Assembly (NCBI GenBank): GCA_964658305.1
Contig: OZ210885.1
Span: forward strand, 7,316,001-7,380,000
Source: Leptogorgia sarmentosa
Lineage: Eukaryota
DNA length: 64,000 bases
Direction of reading: 5' to 3'
The notes beneath the pieces were generated by a model. That model ran no database searches, was not told the DNA's origin, and was given only the letters and a program-made list of their open reading frames with translations. The position numbers and the translations under genes were made by a program. Below are positions 45,925 to 59,067 of this stretch, one piece after another (the stretch's first letter is position 1; every line of letters begins with the position of its first letter).

Positions 45925-48900
45925 ATCGCATGTCACTCCGTACGACGCAGTCTTTCTAATCTGTATCAACAGCATTATTTCCACTGATAAATTTTAGTCT
46001 GGGTTTGCTCATTGAATGATTCCTAAGCACCCGATCTTTTCATAAACTTGCCTGCGTATAAAGCATACAATTCAACGTATACATATTAATGATTATACTA
46101 TTGAAGAAGGAAGTATTTTGGACGTTTTTCCTTCTTGTGAACACGAGTCCATAAGAATAATTAGGTAATCAGTATTTGATTGAATTGCTTCCCATAGACC
46201 TATTTTTGCTGCTGCCAAATAATTAACATACAATTATTAGAATCGCGTAGAATATTTTTTCTACTAACAAAAACGGTTAATCTCGGGAATTCCTGAGAAA
46301 GAAAAATCTGACCGATGCTCGAGCCACCTTCGTCACCGTCTGGATCCGCGCCTGTGACGTCAATGGGCGGTCGTATACAAAGTTTTCAAATTTTCAAAAG
46401 TAACGGCATTATTATCTTTGAACAAACCTTCATCTTTTCCAAAATGTTTTATTGTAATATTGGTGCATAATAACGAGTTATTCACATTTTTCGAGGTCCG
46501 AAGGTCGTGTCTGCGCGGGATAGTACTGGTGACTAGTTGCCATTCTCGCTGCCAGAGCCAAGATGGCGGTTTAAAAGGTGTTCGTTTTGTGCGCGAAGCA
46601 TGTCTAGCGTGCACGAACCTCTAAACCGCCAAGATTTAACCTCAAGCAGTTGTGTGAGGACATCATAAAGTCTCATGATCACGATCCCTGTCACGCAAAG
46701 AATCGTCGTGATATAATGCCACGTAAAAGAGCGACAATTGGTCGTGCTTGTGTGGTTTGGGAGGCTGATTGTTAAATCGTCTTGAAGCACCAAAAATATT
46801 TGCAATTTTACTTTAGACATGTAAGTTGTATGTGTCTAAGTAGGCTCTGGCGTTCGGATATGTTTGGCAGACGTAGTGCTCAAGTATAGGGGGAGTCTAA
46901 TTCCCTCTTTCTGCCCACCGGCCACATCAGCTCGCCAAATTTTCTACATCTACCCATAATGCACTACGGTCACACTACGGTCACACTACGGTCGTTGTTT
47001 GAATTTAAATATACTTAATATTCCGAATTCAACCGTTTTTCAACGGTTTTGTAATGGCGGTGTCTAAACTGAATATAATGGTCAATTTCCGCATACGCTT
47101 CAACGTTTTTGACCAATATTTACCGGTGATTTTCAGGAGAATTCGTTGCTACAGTGTAATGAAGGAAGTGAAATAGCTTTGAGAAGGCAAAATTCATGAA
47201 AAACATGCTCTCATGGACTTCAGCGGCGAAAGTATTCATGATATTTGAAAGCCGAATTAATACATGATATCATGTACATTAAGTGAAATATACATGAATG
47301 TACCGTCTGGTAAATACTACTTGTACTAAATGATCTCATTTGTCTTACCAAATCATTACCATTTGTGTACGGATAATTTTTGTATGCAAACATGTTATCA
47401 TGAGGCATTTATTAAACGTTTAACTTTGTCAAAATTTTAAATGCCTTTTTCTCAAAACACCGAAAATCCAATTGCGTGCAGGATATCTCAAGAAGTATTT
47501 AACCTATTCATTCAAACTTTCAGTGTAGCTTCTGTGTTGCATTCTCTTGGGGATGAACTAGAATCATCAAAATATCTAGTATAACATTAAAGTTGTGATA
47601 GTCAGTACCATACCAATAATATCTATTTTCAATATTTTGTCCGTAAAAAAATTATTTTTGCCTCAATCACCATAGTTCTAGTTCATCCCCAAGAGCATGT
47701 GCTATGCTATTAAACAAAAGTTATTTTAGGTTTTTATCATTCATACTTCTTCAGATATCATGTTTACAAATATGTCAATTTTTCACCACTGGGGGGTAAT
47801 TAACCTGGTAACCATGGCAACAGTAACTTTGACAAACATTAGTGGTACAATGCCCTAATAACTGACCTAAGATGAACATCATAGCATTAAAACACAAGAA
47901 AATTTTTTTTTGAGTATTGGACCCCCAAAATATTTTCCCCACATACCCTGGCCTCAAAATGTGCAGACATAATTTGACAGCTGTTCTTCTCTTGCCGACA
48001 GAGGCAACATTGAGGGGGTGCGACACCCCCCCCCCACCCCCCCGCATCCCTTCTTCGCTACGTCCCTGGTATCATCAACAGTTACCCACAGATTCTCTCT
48101 GTCCATGCATAAACATGAAACACAACCCAGTATACTTGAGGTGCTTGAAGTGATTACATTTAAAAAGCCTAACTAATATTTTTTGACGGATTAATCAAGA
48201 CGACTATTTTTTCCAAGTTCCATAATCTCAGCGAAATGTGTACTAATCAACAAAAAATTGGCTGAAGGCCAACAACATTTTTTCCTTTCAATATTTCAGC
48301 AGAGCAAAATCTTGGGCAAACATAGCAGTTTAACATTTCTTCAAATTGACCATGAAGGAATTTTTATTACAAGTAAGTATATCTTCCCAAAATAAAACAC
48401 TGTATGTGATGAATATCTGAATGCGGATATATCACCCGCCTCGTACGTCCATGAACCTTTTCAAATTACCCTACTTCAGTGAACCTTAACACCAAAGAAA
48501 AGAAACGTTCCCTCGGTTTTCTTTTCAGAATAACATGCAGATGTTGTGGGAAAAGTGTTGCAGAAAGCTACATTATGCCCAGTCTAACATGAGAGATTTG
48601 CCAACATATTGATCACCGCTATCGGTCCTTTTTAAAACCTTCGACTTCCATACATATTGGGATTTGATGCAAAGAACATATAGCTGGAACTGATAATTGT
48701 TATTAATAATAATATTTTAATAATATTTTCATTGATTAATATATTGATCTTTGAAGTTCTTACATCACACGGTCTTTCCACGCATGTGAATACTTTAAAT
48801 TTAATATTCCAACATGTTCCCCAGATTGAGCCCAGATTTTAAATTTAATATTCCAACATGTTTCCCAGATTGCATTGCGATTCATTGTTTTGACACTGGT

Positions 48901-49218
48901 GTGAGTGACATGGCAACAATTCAAAGGTCTATTATAATTTTAAAATATAAAAATATCGTAGAATATTTAAATTAATCTATTTTATCGTAGAATATTTGAA
49001 TTAATCTGATCAGTGTTACATGGATCCATCATCCATTGGAAAAACTTACTTACTCTTTATAGTCTTGGACAAAGTTTTACCGATAGCAAAATCATTGACG
49101 CAATAAAATAGAGATAGCGTCGGACAAATACTTGAAACTAAACGACATTTAAGGCTAGGACAAAAGCTTGATTGTTTAAATTTTTTATTGAATAAAATTA
49201 TATTGTTGCAGAGATATA

Positions 49219-49451
49219 CTGGGTGTCCCCCAAAAAATTCCTGTCTATAGAAATCACTCTGTTGTTAAATCTCGGGTTATTGCACCTCTGGAAATTTAAA
49301 TTAGCTTCTGACGAACAGCAACACAAACACGTGATGTTATAAATACTTCTGTCGTTCATGAACCATTCAATTATATTCTCAAAGGCATAACAACGCACGT
49401 TTAACAACGGAAGAGCTGATTTCAATAGAGGGGACTTTTTTGGACACCCTG
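49219..49451. mobile_element. Old Tc1/mariner-type MITE
   Basis: TA-CTGGGTGTCC...GGACACCCTG; termini related to the 4682 MITE. Confidence 0.6.
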
Positions 49452-50783
49452 TGGAAATAAGTATTTTAAATCCATATATATGGAGCAATATCTAGATATT
49501 GTCTGGGCCTGCTTTGTTTCCTGATACCTTTTAGGTCTTGAGCGAATTGTGAAGCCTTGAAAAATCAGCATGCTTATATAGAGGAAGCTACGAATTAATC
49601 TAATCAAAGTATTGGATCGGACAGTTTGAGGTCGAGAACGTGGACGTCAAAAACGACGTTAAAATGGCGTGCTTTGTCCATCTATGGATATGCCACGCCA
49701 TTTTGACGTTCGCGTCCCCGATCTAAAACTGTCTATTAGTTAGTTCACGCGAGCTCGAGGCTCTTACGATGAGTGCGACCGATGCTCGAATCAACGATCG
49801 GCTCACTAAGCACGCGTAATGTAATTGTTAATTTCAGTAGAATAAGAGATCAAACATAATTTTGCATGCAAGCACATTTTCCAAAGCCAAGACCTTGTTT
49901 AGACATCGTACTTTTCATTGTTGAGCTTCCATGTGCTGAATATGAATGTTAATGAGCTAAGTTTTTTTTATCTGGGCTCGTTTGGTTAGCTGTACATGAA
50001 AAGTTCGACGTGTGAACTGGGCATGTAAAAGCAAGAATATGAAAGAATTTAAACTAACTAAAATTAAAGTAATAAACCTAACAAAAATATGAAAATAGAA
50101 TAATGTGAAACTGAGAGCAACCAAGTTGAAGTAAACGACTGGGTCTATAAAAATGAAAAACAAAAATGGAGTCTTTATTTTCCGAGTATAATGAAAGTAT
50201 AGCATAAAAGATAGAACCAGATATACGGGGAAATGTATACATGCAAATTTTCGACGAGCTATAATTGCTTGTTTTGACCAGCTATTACATGAAAGCTTTA
50301 GATCAACTATACGTGTATGTTTTTTATCAGTACGTATACTATACGTACACTTTTGATTAAGCGTATACTATAGTGCCGGACACCGGGCAAATATTTGTTC
50401 GACAGTGCGAACGCCAATCGTAACAGACATTTAACGTATGGATTCGTTCCTGTTTGTTTCCCGTTTGAAAGCTACATTAACATGTGATATGAGGCCATAA
50501 CTAATTTGTGTGAACAAGGTCTCGGAGCAATGCGCATGCTCAAGAAAATCCGTAGTTCGTCCAGCTAAGACAGAACGAATTAATTAATGCGCAAAACACG
50601 GTGACGCTGCCCTAACAGTGAACGTGAAGAGTGTATTTTCCACACTTGTTTACTTTGCATATAAGTATAGTAGAAACAAAATACTTACAATCCCGGAATG
50701 AACAGCCTGACCGAGCTTCAGAAATTCACATCAAAACAAACATAGAAATGAAAATCTCGGCCACTGTAGGCTGTTAAACGTTG

Positions 50784-50868
50784 TTATTTCCCAGGACGTT
50801 TTCGTGAACTCAGTGGTCGCCTCTCAAGTTTGTGAGCAAAACTCTCCCGGCAGATTGGACAGCGTGTG
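50784..50868 (-). CDS. HEPN-NACHT-DED-CHY-RING gene exon 7: last RING CxxC and stop
   Basis: caacag acceptor; TRCPICRESFAHKLERRPLSSRKRPGK-stop. Confidence 0.88.
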
Positions 50869-51387
50869 CTGTTGAAAAATAGAAAATACTGCAGTTAGTG
50901 TCTATGAAAGCTATCAACACATATCACTCAATCAATAATTAAGTCGGTCACCGGTTCTATGATCTTTAATCATGGCGTACAACCACGGGTCCCCAAAAAA
51001 TTGAGTTGAATTTCAACATAGAAATTAAGTTGTGAACGTGGTCAACTTTTCCTTTTAGTTACGATTACGCTTAAAGTTTCCTATAACACAATTTTCAAAC
51101 AGTGCGGAAAGACAAGGGCGAGTTGGAGTTAGATGTTTTTTTTACAAGTCCAATTTTCGCACGCGTATATTTTTGCTTCGTTTCATTCCCTCATTGTTTG
51201 AAAAGTATGTCATTCACCTTTATAAAAGATAAACTGTCTTCACGACTAAATTTGTGCGCAATAGCGTGTTGAAATTCGATTCGGGTTTCTTTCGATACAT
51301 CCGCGGTAGTTATCGGAATGAAGAATTATCGGCTACCTTCTGCTAGATCAAATTCTACTTAAATCTTCAAATAGAAGATACACTTAC

Positions 51388-51470
51388 ATTCCGCTGCGTA
51401 TCATTTGTGTCGCACATTCTTTGTGCACTTTATGAGAACAAGGAAGAATTTGACATCCAGTGAAAGCATC
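51388..51470 (-). CDS. Exon 6: RING-H2 core
   Basis: DAFTGCQILPCSHKVHKECATQMIRSG; AG/GT boundaries; phase 0 to 2. Confidence 0.92.
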
Positions 51471-51533
51471 CTGCACAAAAAAGCAGTTTATTGATCAATA
51501 AAAATACGAGCATGCATGTGTATATTTAAAGAC

Positions 51534-51668
51534 TCGACCAAGAACGGGATTACGCAAACGGACATCCACCAAAACAAGGTTTTCGAAATTTAGGGTTAGG
51601 TTTTAGGGTATTTAGGGGTAGGTTAGTTTTAGCAATAGTTGAGAGGCAATCGTGTTCTGTTGTGGACG
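51534..51668 (+). repeat. Small imperfect-IR element with degenerate TTAGGG repeats
   Basis: TTAGGGTTAGGTTTTAGGGTATTTAGGGGTAGGTTAG between AGAACGGGATTAC and GCAATCGTGTTCT. Confidence 0.5.
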
Positions 51669-51699
51669 ATAAGACAAAATTTTGAAACACGAAAGAGTC

Positions 51700-51841
51700 C
51701 TGGGGCCACTTGTATAAAAACGTAGTTAAAGTTAACTATAGTTAAGTGCGAAAATTGAGCAATCAGAAACGCGTATTTCAAAGTTAACTATCATTTAACT
51801 ACGAAACGGATAGTTAAGAGTTTTATACAACCGGTCCCTGG
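51700..51841. mobile_element. Short MITE
   Basis: CTGGGGCCACTTGTATAAAA / TTTTATACAACCGGTCCCTG imperfect TIRs. Confidence 0.55.
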
Positions 51842-52309
51842 TATACTTGCGAAGATTGGTTGCAAAATATCGTGAATTGTGGAAAGTACGGTCAGCTGAA
51901 GCTTGCACATGTTGTACGTATCTTTTTTTGTATTACTGCCAGAAAAGCGTTACCACTTTTCAAAAAGTGCAACAAAAGGTTTTGTATCGAAAACGGAAGC
52001 TACAACATGTGGTGTATGTGGGATATTCAAGTCACAATGTCAGATATTCCCGTCAAGCTTGTTCAAAATTATACACTATTTTCTCCAAACTGGGATAATC
52101 AGTGCAAACACAACAGATTCGATACAAATTGTGATATTTTTACGTGTGTAGGTGGCGGGTAGGGGTGGGGGTTCAAACTAAACTGTTTTGCAAGGTCATA
52201 TACAGTAAAACGTAATACAGGGCGTTTCCATAGTAGATTAATTACTTCCAAAACTTCATACAACAAATGAAAGTGACATAGTGAAACATATTTGAAAGTG
52301 AAACAGTAC

Positions 52310-52430
52310 CTCTAAGCAAATGCAGCACTCGTCATGCGCGGAGCCTTCACGACACTTGTGGTTTCCACGAAGTTGCACATCCAAACAAACTCCACAGACA
52401 TCACAATGAAACGAACGATCTCCGTGAATT
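52310..52430 (-). CDS. Exon 5: CTCHY zinc finger end and RING start
   Basis: IHGDRSFHCDVCGVCLDVQLRGNHKCREGSAHDECCICLE (Pirh2/RCHY1-like). Confidence 0.93.
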
Positions 52431-52896
52431 CTGATATAAAACAAATGTTGCATTGCATTAATTTCTTCACCTATAAAAACTCCCCAACCAATTTCCCGCC
52501 AAAAACCTATTATTTCCCAACTTGTATCTGTTGTTCACTCAACGCTTGTTTTACCTCCTAAGGTTGATTCATAAAGTGAATAGAATATGTGAAATTCAAC
52601 TCATAGTTGGTTCAATTGAGTGGGACCTAGCAGTCAGATAGAAATCTATTTTTCGATTGAAACAACTTAATATCTCACACTTTATTCCCGATTCCTTATT
52701 TTTGTCAGAGCTATATAGTTCTCATAGAAGTTTCGAGTATTTGTAATTGCTTTCTATTACGACTCTCGTAAAACATACAGGCAGTGGTAGTCATGAAGCC
52801 CGAGAATATATCATAATGTATATTATGGTCGATTGACTAATTGGTGTACCTAAAGAGAGTGTGTTAATTATGTCGATTATGCTAATTAAAACATAC

Positions 52897-53015
52897 CTGC
52901 AGATTCCGCACTTTTCACAATGATACGGATGATCATCGGTGCCAGTCAAATGTTTACACATTCCACAATAATACTGCGCAAATCTGGCACCACAATTGCA
53001 GCAATGTTCACCAAA
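52897..53015 (-). CDS. Exon 4: CHY/CTCHY zinc finger
   Basis: FGEHCCNCGARFAQYYCGMCKHLTGTDDHPYHCEKCGICR. Confidence 0.93.
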
Positions 53016-53182
53016 CTAAAAAAATTTCATAGATCTTTCTGCAAAATCTTCACTTCAGAAAATAAATACGCAAACGATTGTTAATCTCATACTCCTTGTC
53101 AGTTAGCACAAATAATCATCATTTTTGGGAACAAGTTCGGCGTCGCCTACAAATTTTATCTACGACATAAAATGTGGGTTAC

Positions 53183-53523
53183 CTGTTGTACTTTGTTACA
53201 ATATACACACTTCAGCATCTTCGTGTCACGTGATTTCAGCTTCTTTCGACCGCACGTGCTTTGGTTGTTATGACAACGATGACAAGGCCAAAACTTGTCA
53301 CAACAATCAAATTTGACATAACAATGTCGTTTGTAATGACTGCATAACCAGTTGTCGTCTCGGTCTGGGTCCCGGTTGGGACTGTTGCTTCGTTCATTGT
53401 CTGGACGTTGGAACTTGGAAAGTTTTGAACCACCGTTACCGACTGCCCGAGTATTACGTACGCCATTTGCTGATGATAAAGTTGTCCTTGTTCCATCATT
53501 TCCAGACGTTGTTCTTCTCTCGT
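53183..53523 (-). CDS. Exon 3: linker and CHY zinc finger
   Basis: CSHYKRHCYVKFDCCDKFWPCHRCH...CVYCNKVQ; phase 1 to 0. Confidence 0.92.
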
Positions 53524-54196
53524 CTATATTTTTAAAGAAGGAGTTAGAGAAGCAATAAACAGAACGTAGCAGTTCATGGAAATATTAAAAAACAACGCAA
53601 AATGGACAGAGCTAGATTCCAGTATTGTGGACTTTCTTTCGACACAGTTCGAGTCATTAATCATGTGAAAATGAAAGTAATACCCTTTCAATATAGCAAC
53701 TTGATAGTATTTAATATTTTTGTTTCACGCAATATCTTTGTTTAATCAAGGCAATTCAGATAAAGAAATCAAATAACGCTTGTGGACCTTACAAAGTGTT
53801 TGGTACACATGAATCACGATTTATAGGGGGCCTAGGGGCTGATATTATTTTTAGATTTTTAGAATGAGATTAGGATCAGGATTGGGATCAGGTTGAGGAT
53901 TTTGGTTGGGATTTTAACACAAGAATGTGACAGGTATTTGTTTGGTAAATTCAAGTATATAAGTATTACGATTTTGGAAGGGATTACCTATCAGTTAAAG
54001 AACAACGCGATTCGATAGGCGGGGTAAAACTTAATAAGACAAACAACAGTACTTATATGCATATATGGTTAATAAAAATAATGCATATATGGTTAATTTT
54101 GGTTACAACTCGAAGTCGCCAAGACTCATCAAATTGTTTTTAGCGAAACTAAGTTTTAAAATCTATCAAAATATGAGAAACTACAGGTACACTTAC

Positions 54197-56464
54197 TTGT
54201 AACTGGACCATCCGCATTAACTGTTACCTCGGCCATTCTAACTGAATTAAATCCACCAGCTGGTTTAACGGGGTTTTGCTGCTCAGATGCCGAGGATTGG
54301 TTTCTCAGAGACCTAACAGAACTGCGTGTTGAATTGGATGTATCTGAGAAGCTTCTCGAAGATTGCGGTTGAGTCGAAGGCAGGGAATTATGTACTCCAC
54401 TGTTTACAGGTGCTCTGGACAGATTTCTGCTCGTGTTCATCGAAAATTGACCGCTGTTCATGGCATTTAGAAAACCTGGATTCCTCGTAATGGCTCTACG
54501 TCCATGGTTTTGTACCAGATTTGCAGCGTGCTTTTTAGATGCTTGACTTTGACGAAGTAGATCATAGTCACCAAGGAGAAATGCGTCTATAATATGCACA
54601 AGATCAAATCTGACAATGGATTCAAAGAAATCAGAGAGTTGATGTAAATCTGAAGCGTTGATGACTCCTTTTTCATCAAGTTGAAAGAGAATATCAGTGG
54701 CATTCCGTGGGTTATTGATTGAGAAATTCTGAGCCGTCCAGTCTTGTAATAGCATGACGTCCGAGGAGAGAAGGTTTTGTGCAAGGGATAGCAAAAGGAG
54801 CTTGTAATTGTTATACAAGGTTGTTGCAACTGATGTGGGTGGAATGTTCCTCAATGATATGGACTCTCTTCCAGAATCATCTTGCTGGACCGAAAATGAC
54901 AAACCACGCTGGGATGCGGACGCCTGATCGCGGGTTCCCTCGACATTTCCTGATGGACTACTTCCCTCTCCGCCACTGGAGTTCTCTGTAGATTGGATAC
55001 TTGCTGTATTTTGGACCGTTGCGGTTTGCTCGAAGCCGTTAACAGTATTGCTTTCCTGATTTCTTGCTTGGAACGTCCTTTCATTTTCGTCATTTCGGAC
55101 ATTCGCTACCCCGCCTGGTTCATGGTTGTTATCTGGCACCAAGGCCTCGGCTCCATTGACGAGGTGACCACGAGAGGAAGCTGCTTCATCGACAGATGAT
55201 GAATTTAGTACTGCAGGATTTCGACTTTTATTACTACTGATCGGAGGTCTTGACGAACCATTTGCAACAAGGTATCCTTGATCGCCGCTGTTGCCCAACT
55301 CATTCGATCTGGGCTTTCGAGAGTTGGACATGGCAGATCTTTTATCTTCCTGTGAGGGAGGTTGAAATATGTGACGGAAGTGCTCCGATTTTCTTTCTTC
55401 GTTTTCTTTAGCCGTCTTCTCAACTGTTACTTCGCCAAGCTCTGACAAGATCTCTTTGTTTATGGACTGCAATGCTGCCAGTTGCTTTCTAAGAGACAGG
55501 TTTTCATCCTCCAGTTCTGTTACTCTCGCGGAAATCATCCGAGTTGATGGCTGCGAGAAATAGAGCGAATTCCTTCCTTTCAACGCGTTTTCTTGCGACA
55601 TCTTTTCATACTTCATCTTTTTGTCGGGACGAGAATCTCCAATATGCCCAGGAATCCATTTTCCCTGACTTTCTTTTCCAATCTGCGGAACATTGATATC
55701 GTTGAATATCTTTCTTTCGGGCTTCTTTCCTTTTTTACATTGTTGACGATTAGAATCTTCTTCTAAACATGCAAAATCTTGCACTTTGGTTTTCGTCTTT
55801 GTTTTTAAGGAGCCTTGTACCAAATCATCTTCAGGTTTCTGTAAAGTACTTCCAGGATTGTGATCATAAGTTTGAGCAACGTCGTCGTGGTCAATGTTTC
55901 CACGCCAATTCTTGTTTTCCTTTTTCTTCTTGCTCTTGTAATTTGGTGATAGAGGAGGAGAATTACGGTTTGGTTGCGCATTCAAATCAAGATCCAAGTT
56001 TTGATTTTCAAAATCCTGAGATTCTTCATTTTCTTTACCGTTGAGCGAATGTGTCATTAGAAGTGAACGCGAAGCCTCTAAGAAACTGTCAATTTCGCCT
56101 GGTGTGAGAAGTTTTGTACATGAATATTTTCTGCGATCAAGTAACAGTTTCAACGGTCCAGCAGTTTCCTCGCTTGGACGTTCAAGATAGCTCTGAAATA
56201 AATCTAGCGAATGTAATGTTTGTGCGAACACAGCTTTGATGTCAAAAATAGAATTTAGTAATTCTTTAGTGAATTTTTCCTCGGCTACGTTTGGAGATTC
56301 GATATTGAAAGAAATTAAGTGGTTTGTATAATAATGCTCAACCACTTTATTTGTAAGACCGCCAAGGAATTTAAACATTTGCACAAGGTTTGTCGGTTCA
56401 TTTGTAAGGCAAATTTTCTTGTGTGGATGTACCAGAGAGAATTCTGAAGTTAAATTATGGAAAT
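54197..56464 (-). CDS. Exon 2: helical region, coiled coil, low-complexity linker and death-effector domain (about 54575-54815)
   Basis: 2268-nt open phase 1-1 exon; YKLLLLSLAQNL...DILFQLDEKGVINASDLHQLSDFFESIVRFDL contains the DED RxDL signature. Confidence 0.88.
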
Positions 56465-56904
56465 CTAGAAAATATAAATATAGAATAGTTAATCTTGAAT
56501 AATTAGCTCAAATTCGTGCGAAGAGGTTTTTCTAAAAATCGATTATGTAGAAAAAATAGATCCAGTTGCGTATTCGATCACGAATCAATGTCGCCAATTT
56601 TTTGTGCCTAAATCCGCTGGGTTGTCAGAGCAATAAATCAAGTATGGTCGAGCAATTGAATTATATGAAGAATCGAGAGTATTTTTTTTAGCAACGTTTT
56701 ATGACGACGCAGTCCTGATACTCCAAAATTAATTTTGCTCAGTATCAGCCTTCCGAGAAGGATGCTGGTCAATTTTTACTCCAAGTTTTCCATCTGCGCT
56801 TGGCCTAATTGTGGCTTATTGTCTATTACAATAATTTTGAGATTTTGGATAGCATGGTTTTATATTTATTTTGTATCGAACGTTTTTATATTTTGCATAT
56901 AAAG

Positions 56905-57385
56905 TATTACTCGACTGTGATTGGTCGATTCAGTGCAGTTAATCCCAAATCACAGTGCAACTTTCTGTTACCACTTTGAACCAATCAAATTAGAGCTCAA
57001 GCTACAGATTTCTTCAAAACAAAACAAACATGGCGGCCGCGCTAAACAAAGTAAAAATTGTCTGCGGGTCGAAAATATAGCTTTTATCTTTTTCTTATGA
57101 TGGAAAAAACTTTATCTCAAACAAGACTAACAAAAGTTACGTGTTTGGGTGAATTTTAAAACCGTAAACGCTGTAAAATGTGAAATAAACTAAGCAAGAA
57201 AACTCTGCCGGTGAAATTTCGCTTTGAAATTTCGCTAATAGGTAATATTACCAGGTAATCGTGAGTTTTCCAAAGACCTCAAATAACACTCGTCCTTTGG
57301 ACTCGTGCTACTTTGAGGTCTTTGGAAAACTCACTCGTGCATGTTAATTCCAAATTGCACTCGAAACCATACTATTACCTATACT
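56905..57385 (+). mobile_element. Second copy of the hairpin-ended repeat at 22843-23476
   Basis: Colinear similarity; only one minisatellite unit here. Confidence 0.82.
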
Positions 57386-57593
57386 AATAAAAAAGGCAGT
57401 TATTTGCAAAATAATCATATTTGTTTGGATTCTTAGACCGATCCCTTGCGAAGAATCTTTTCATCGTCACATCATTTAGGTGATGAGCGGAACTTTTACT
57501 GCATTTGGATGTAATTATGCGCAACCAACGTTGGCCTTAAATTTATTTAAAGATACAGTAAATAATGAGTTCGAACACGTGAAAAAAAAATAC

Positions 57594-59067
57594 CTTTGTC
57601 TCCAGTTGTAGACAGTTTTGACTGCTCAATGTCGCTTAATAATTTGTCAGTTTCTTCAACGTTTGCGGTAAGATCTTCAATTTGTTTGCATTCTTTTAAC
57701 TTTCTAATAAATGTTTCTTCTTTTGGGCTGAGAGGATGTTTCTCCAATTCATCAATATTTTGTGGAAAGACGACTTTGAAATTGTGCCATTTGTCATCAG
57801 GGAGGATTTCAAAAGGATTCATGTGTGAAAGTTTCTTCCGTACTTTGAACCCTGGTCTACTGGTTATAAATATCTTAATCCATGCTGGTAATTGCGAAAA
57901 CTGTTCTGATATCAACTCTAAAAACTCACTTTTGTCATCAGTCTTGCTCTCGTCCAAAGCATCAACAACGATCAACATTGGTTTATCGTGTCTGTCCAGT
58001 TTAAAAAGTGGTTCGTTCAAAAGGACACGGAAAGCGTTTGATTGCAAGTCCCGAGAATGGTCAAAGCAAAGAACTTCTGACAGTTTATCACGAAATCCTT
58101 CAACATTCTCGCACATTTGACTCGCAAGAGACTGTAGAATTATGTGAGGATTTCTGAAATCTGACTTTCTAAAATCGCAGAAATGGCATGCGGCGAGTTG
58201 ACCACGTTCTTTGTACAGCTCACAAATCCTTGCTGACAAAACACTTTTCCCAATGCCGGGGCCTGCAGTCACAATCATAACCTTTGGATATTCTTTATCC
58301 ATCCATCTTGAGATCTCATCAAGGAGCCATACTCTTGTACCTTCGTGAAACATTCCACTTAGATCTTTGATCTTTCCAGTAAAGTTAAACTTGGATAGTC
58401 GGTTGATTTGCGAGAAATTCGTCATTTGATTGGCTTTTCGTAACGCAGGAATTTCACTTCGAAGCTTTTTCTCACCACTTTCAATATCATCCAGTTCTGA
58501 CAAGATTTCATTCTCCAGTTCTTTCCATTCCTTCAATTTTTCAACATAACTTTCTTCTTCAGGACTGAGAGGAGCTTCTTTCAGTTCATCAATGTCTTGT
58601 TGAGGAATTCCTAGCTTCACCAAAGAATTTGAAATTTCTTGCCACAATGTTTCAAATGTATTGTCGTCTAACTGAGCACTTGCTGTATGACCGTACACGT
58701 CGTTTCTAAAGATTTTGATTCTCGTAATATTCGCGGATATCGAAGTATCGCTAGTTGGAGGCATAACATCCCACCCAGTCGCTGGTGGAGGCAATCCACA
58801 AATATTTCGTAGAAGAATTGTCAATAATGTTACATCAAAATGTTTTGAATCTGGTGTCCCCGAAGCAGGAAAGAGTAAGTTCCACTGCGAGGCTTTAATT
58901 ACACTGTATCTTATCTTCTTCAAGGCTGGTTTATTTGTATTCAATACGGTGGATAAAGTTGCAGGTGGATGTTTAACATGAAGAGCAGCTCTTAATGCTT
59001 CGCCTCCTTTGTCTACCAACAGACGAGAAATCCTTATAACATTAGCTTCTGCTTTTACTGGATTCAT
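57594..59067 (-). CDS. Exon 1: DZIP3-type HEPN domain and truncated NACHT/NPHP3-like STAND ATPase
   Basis: RISRLLVDKG...QWNLLFP...FDVTLLTILLRNICGL...RNDVYGH (RxxxxxH); Walker A GPGIGKS, Walker B IVVDALDE, FITSRP; donor G|gtattt. Confidence 0.9.

Noticed and set aside
51590..51630. Interstitial telomere or chromosome fusion scar
   Set aside because: Few, degenerate repeats inside a small IR element similar to others in the window
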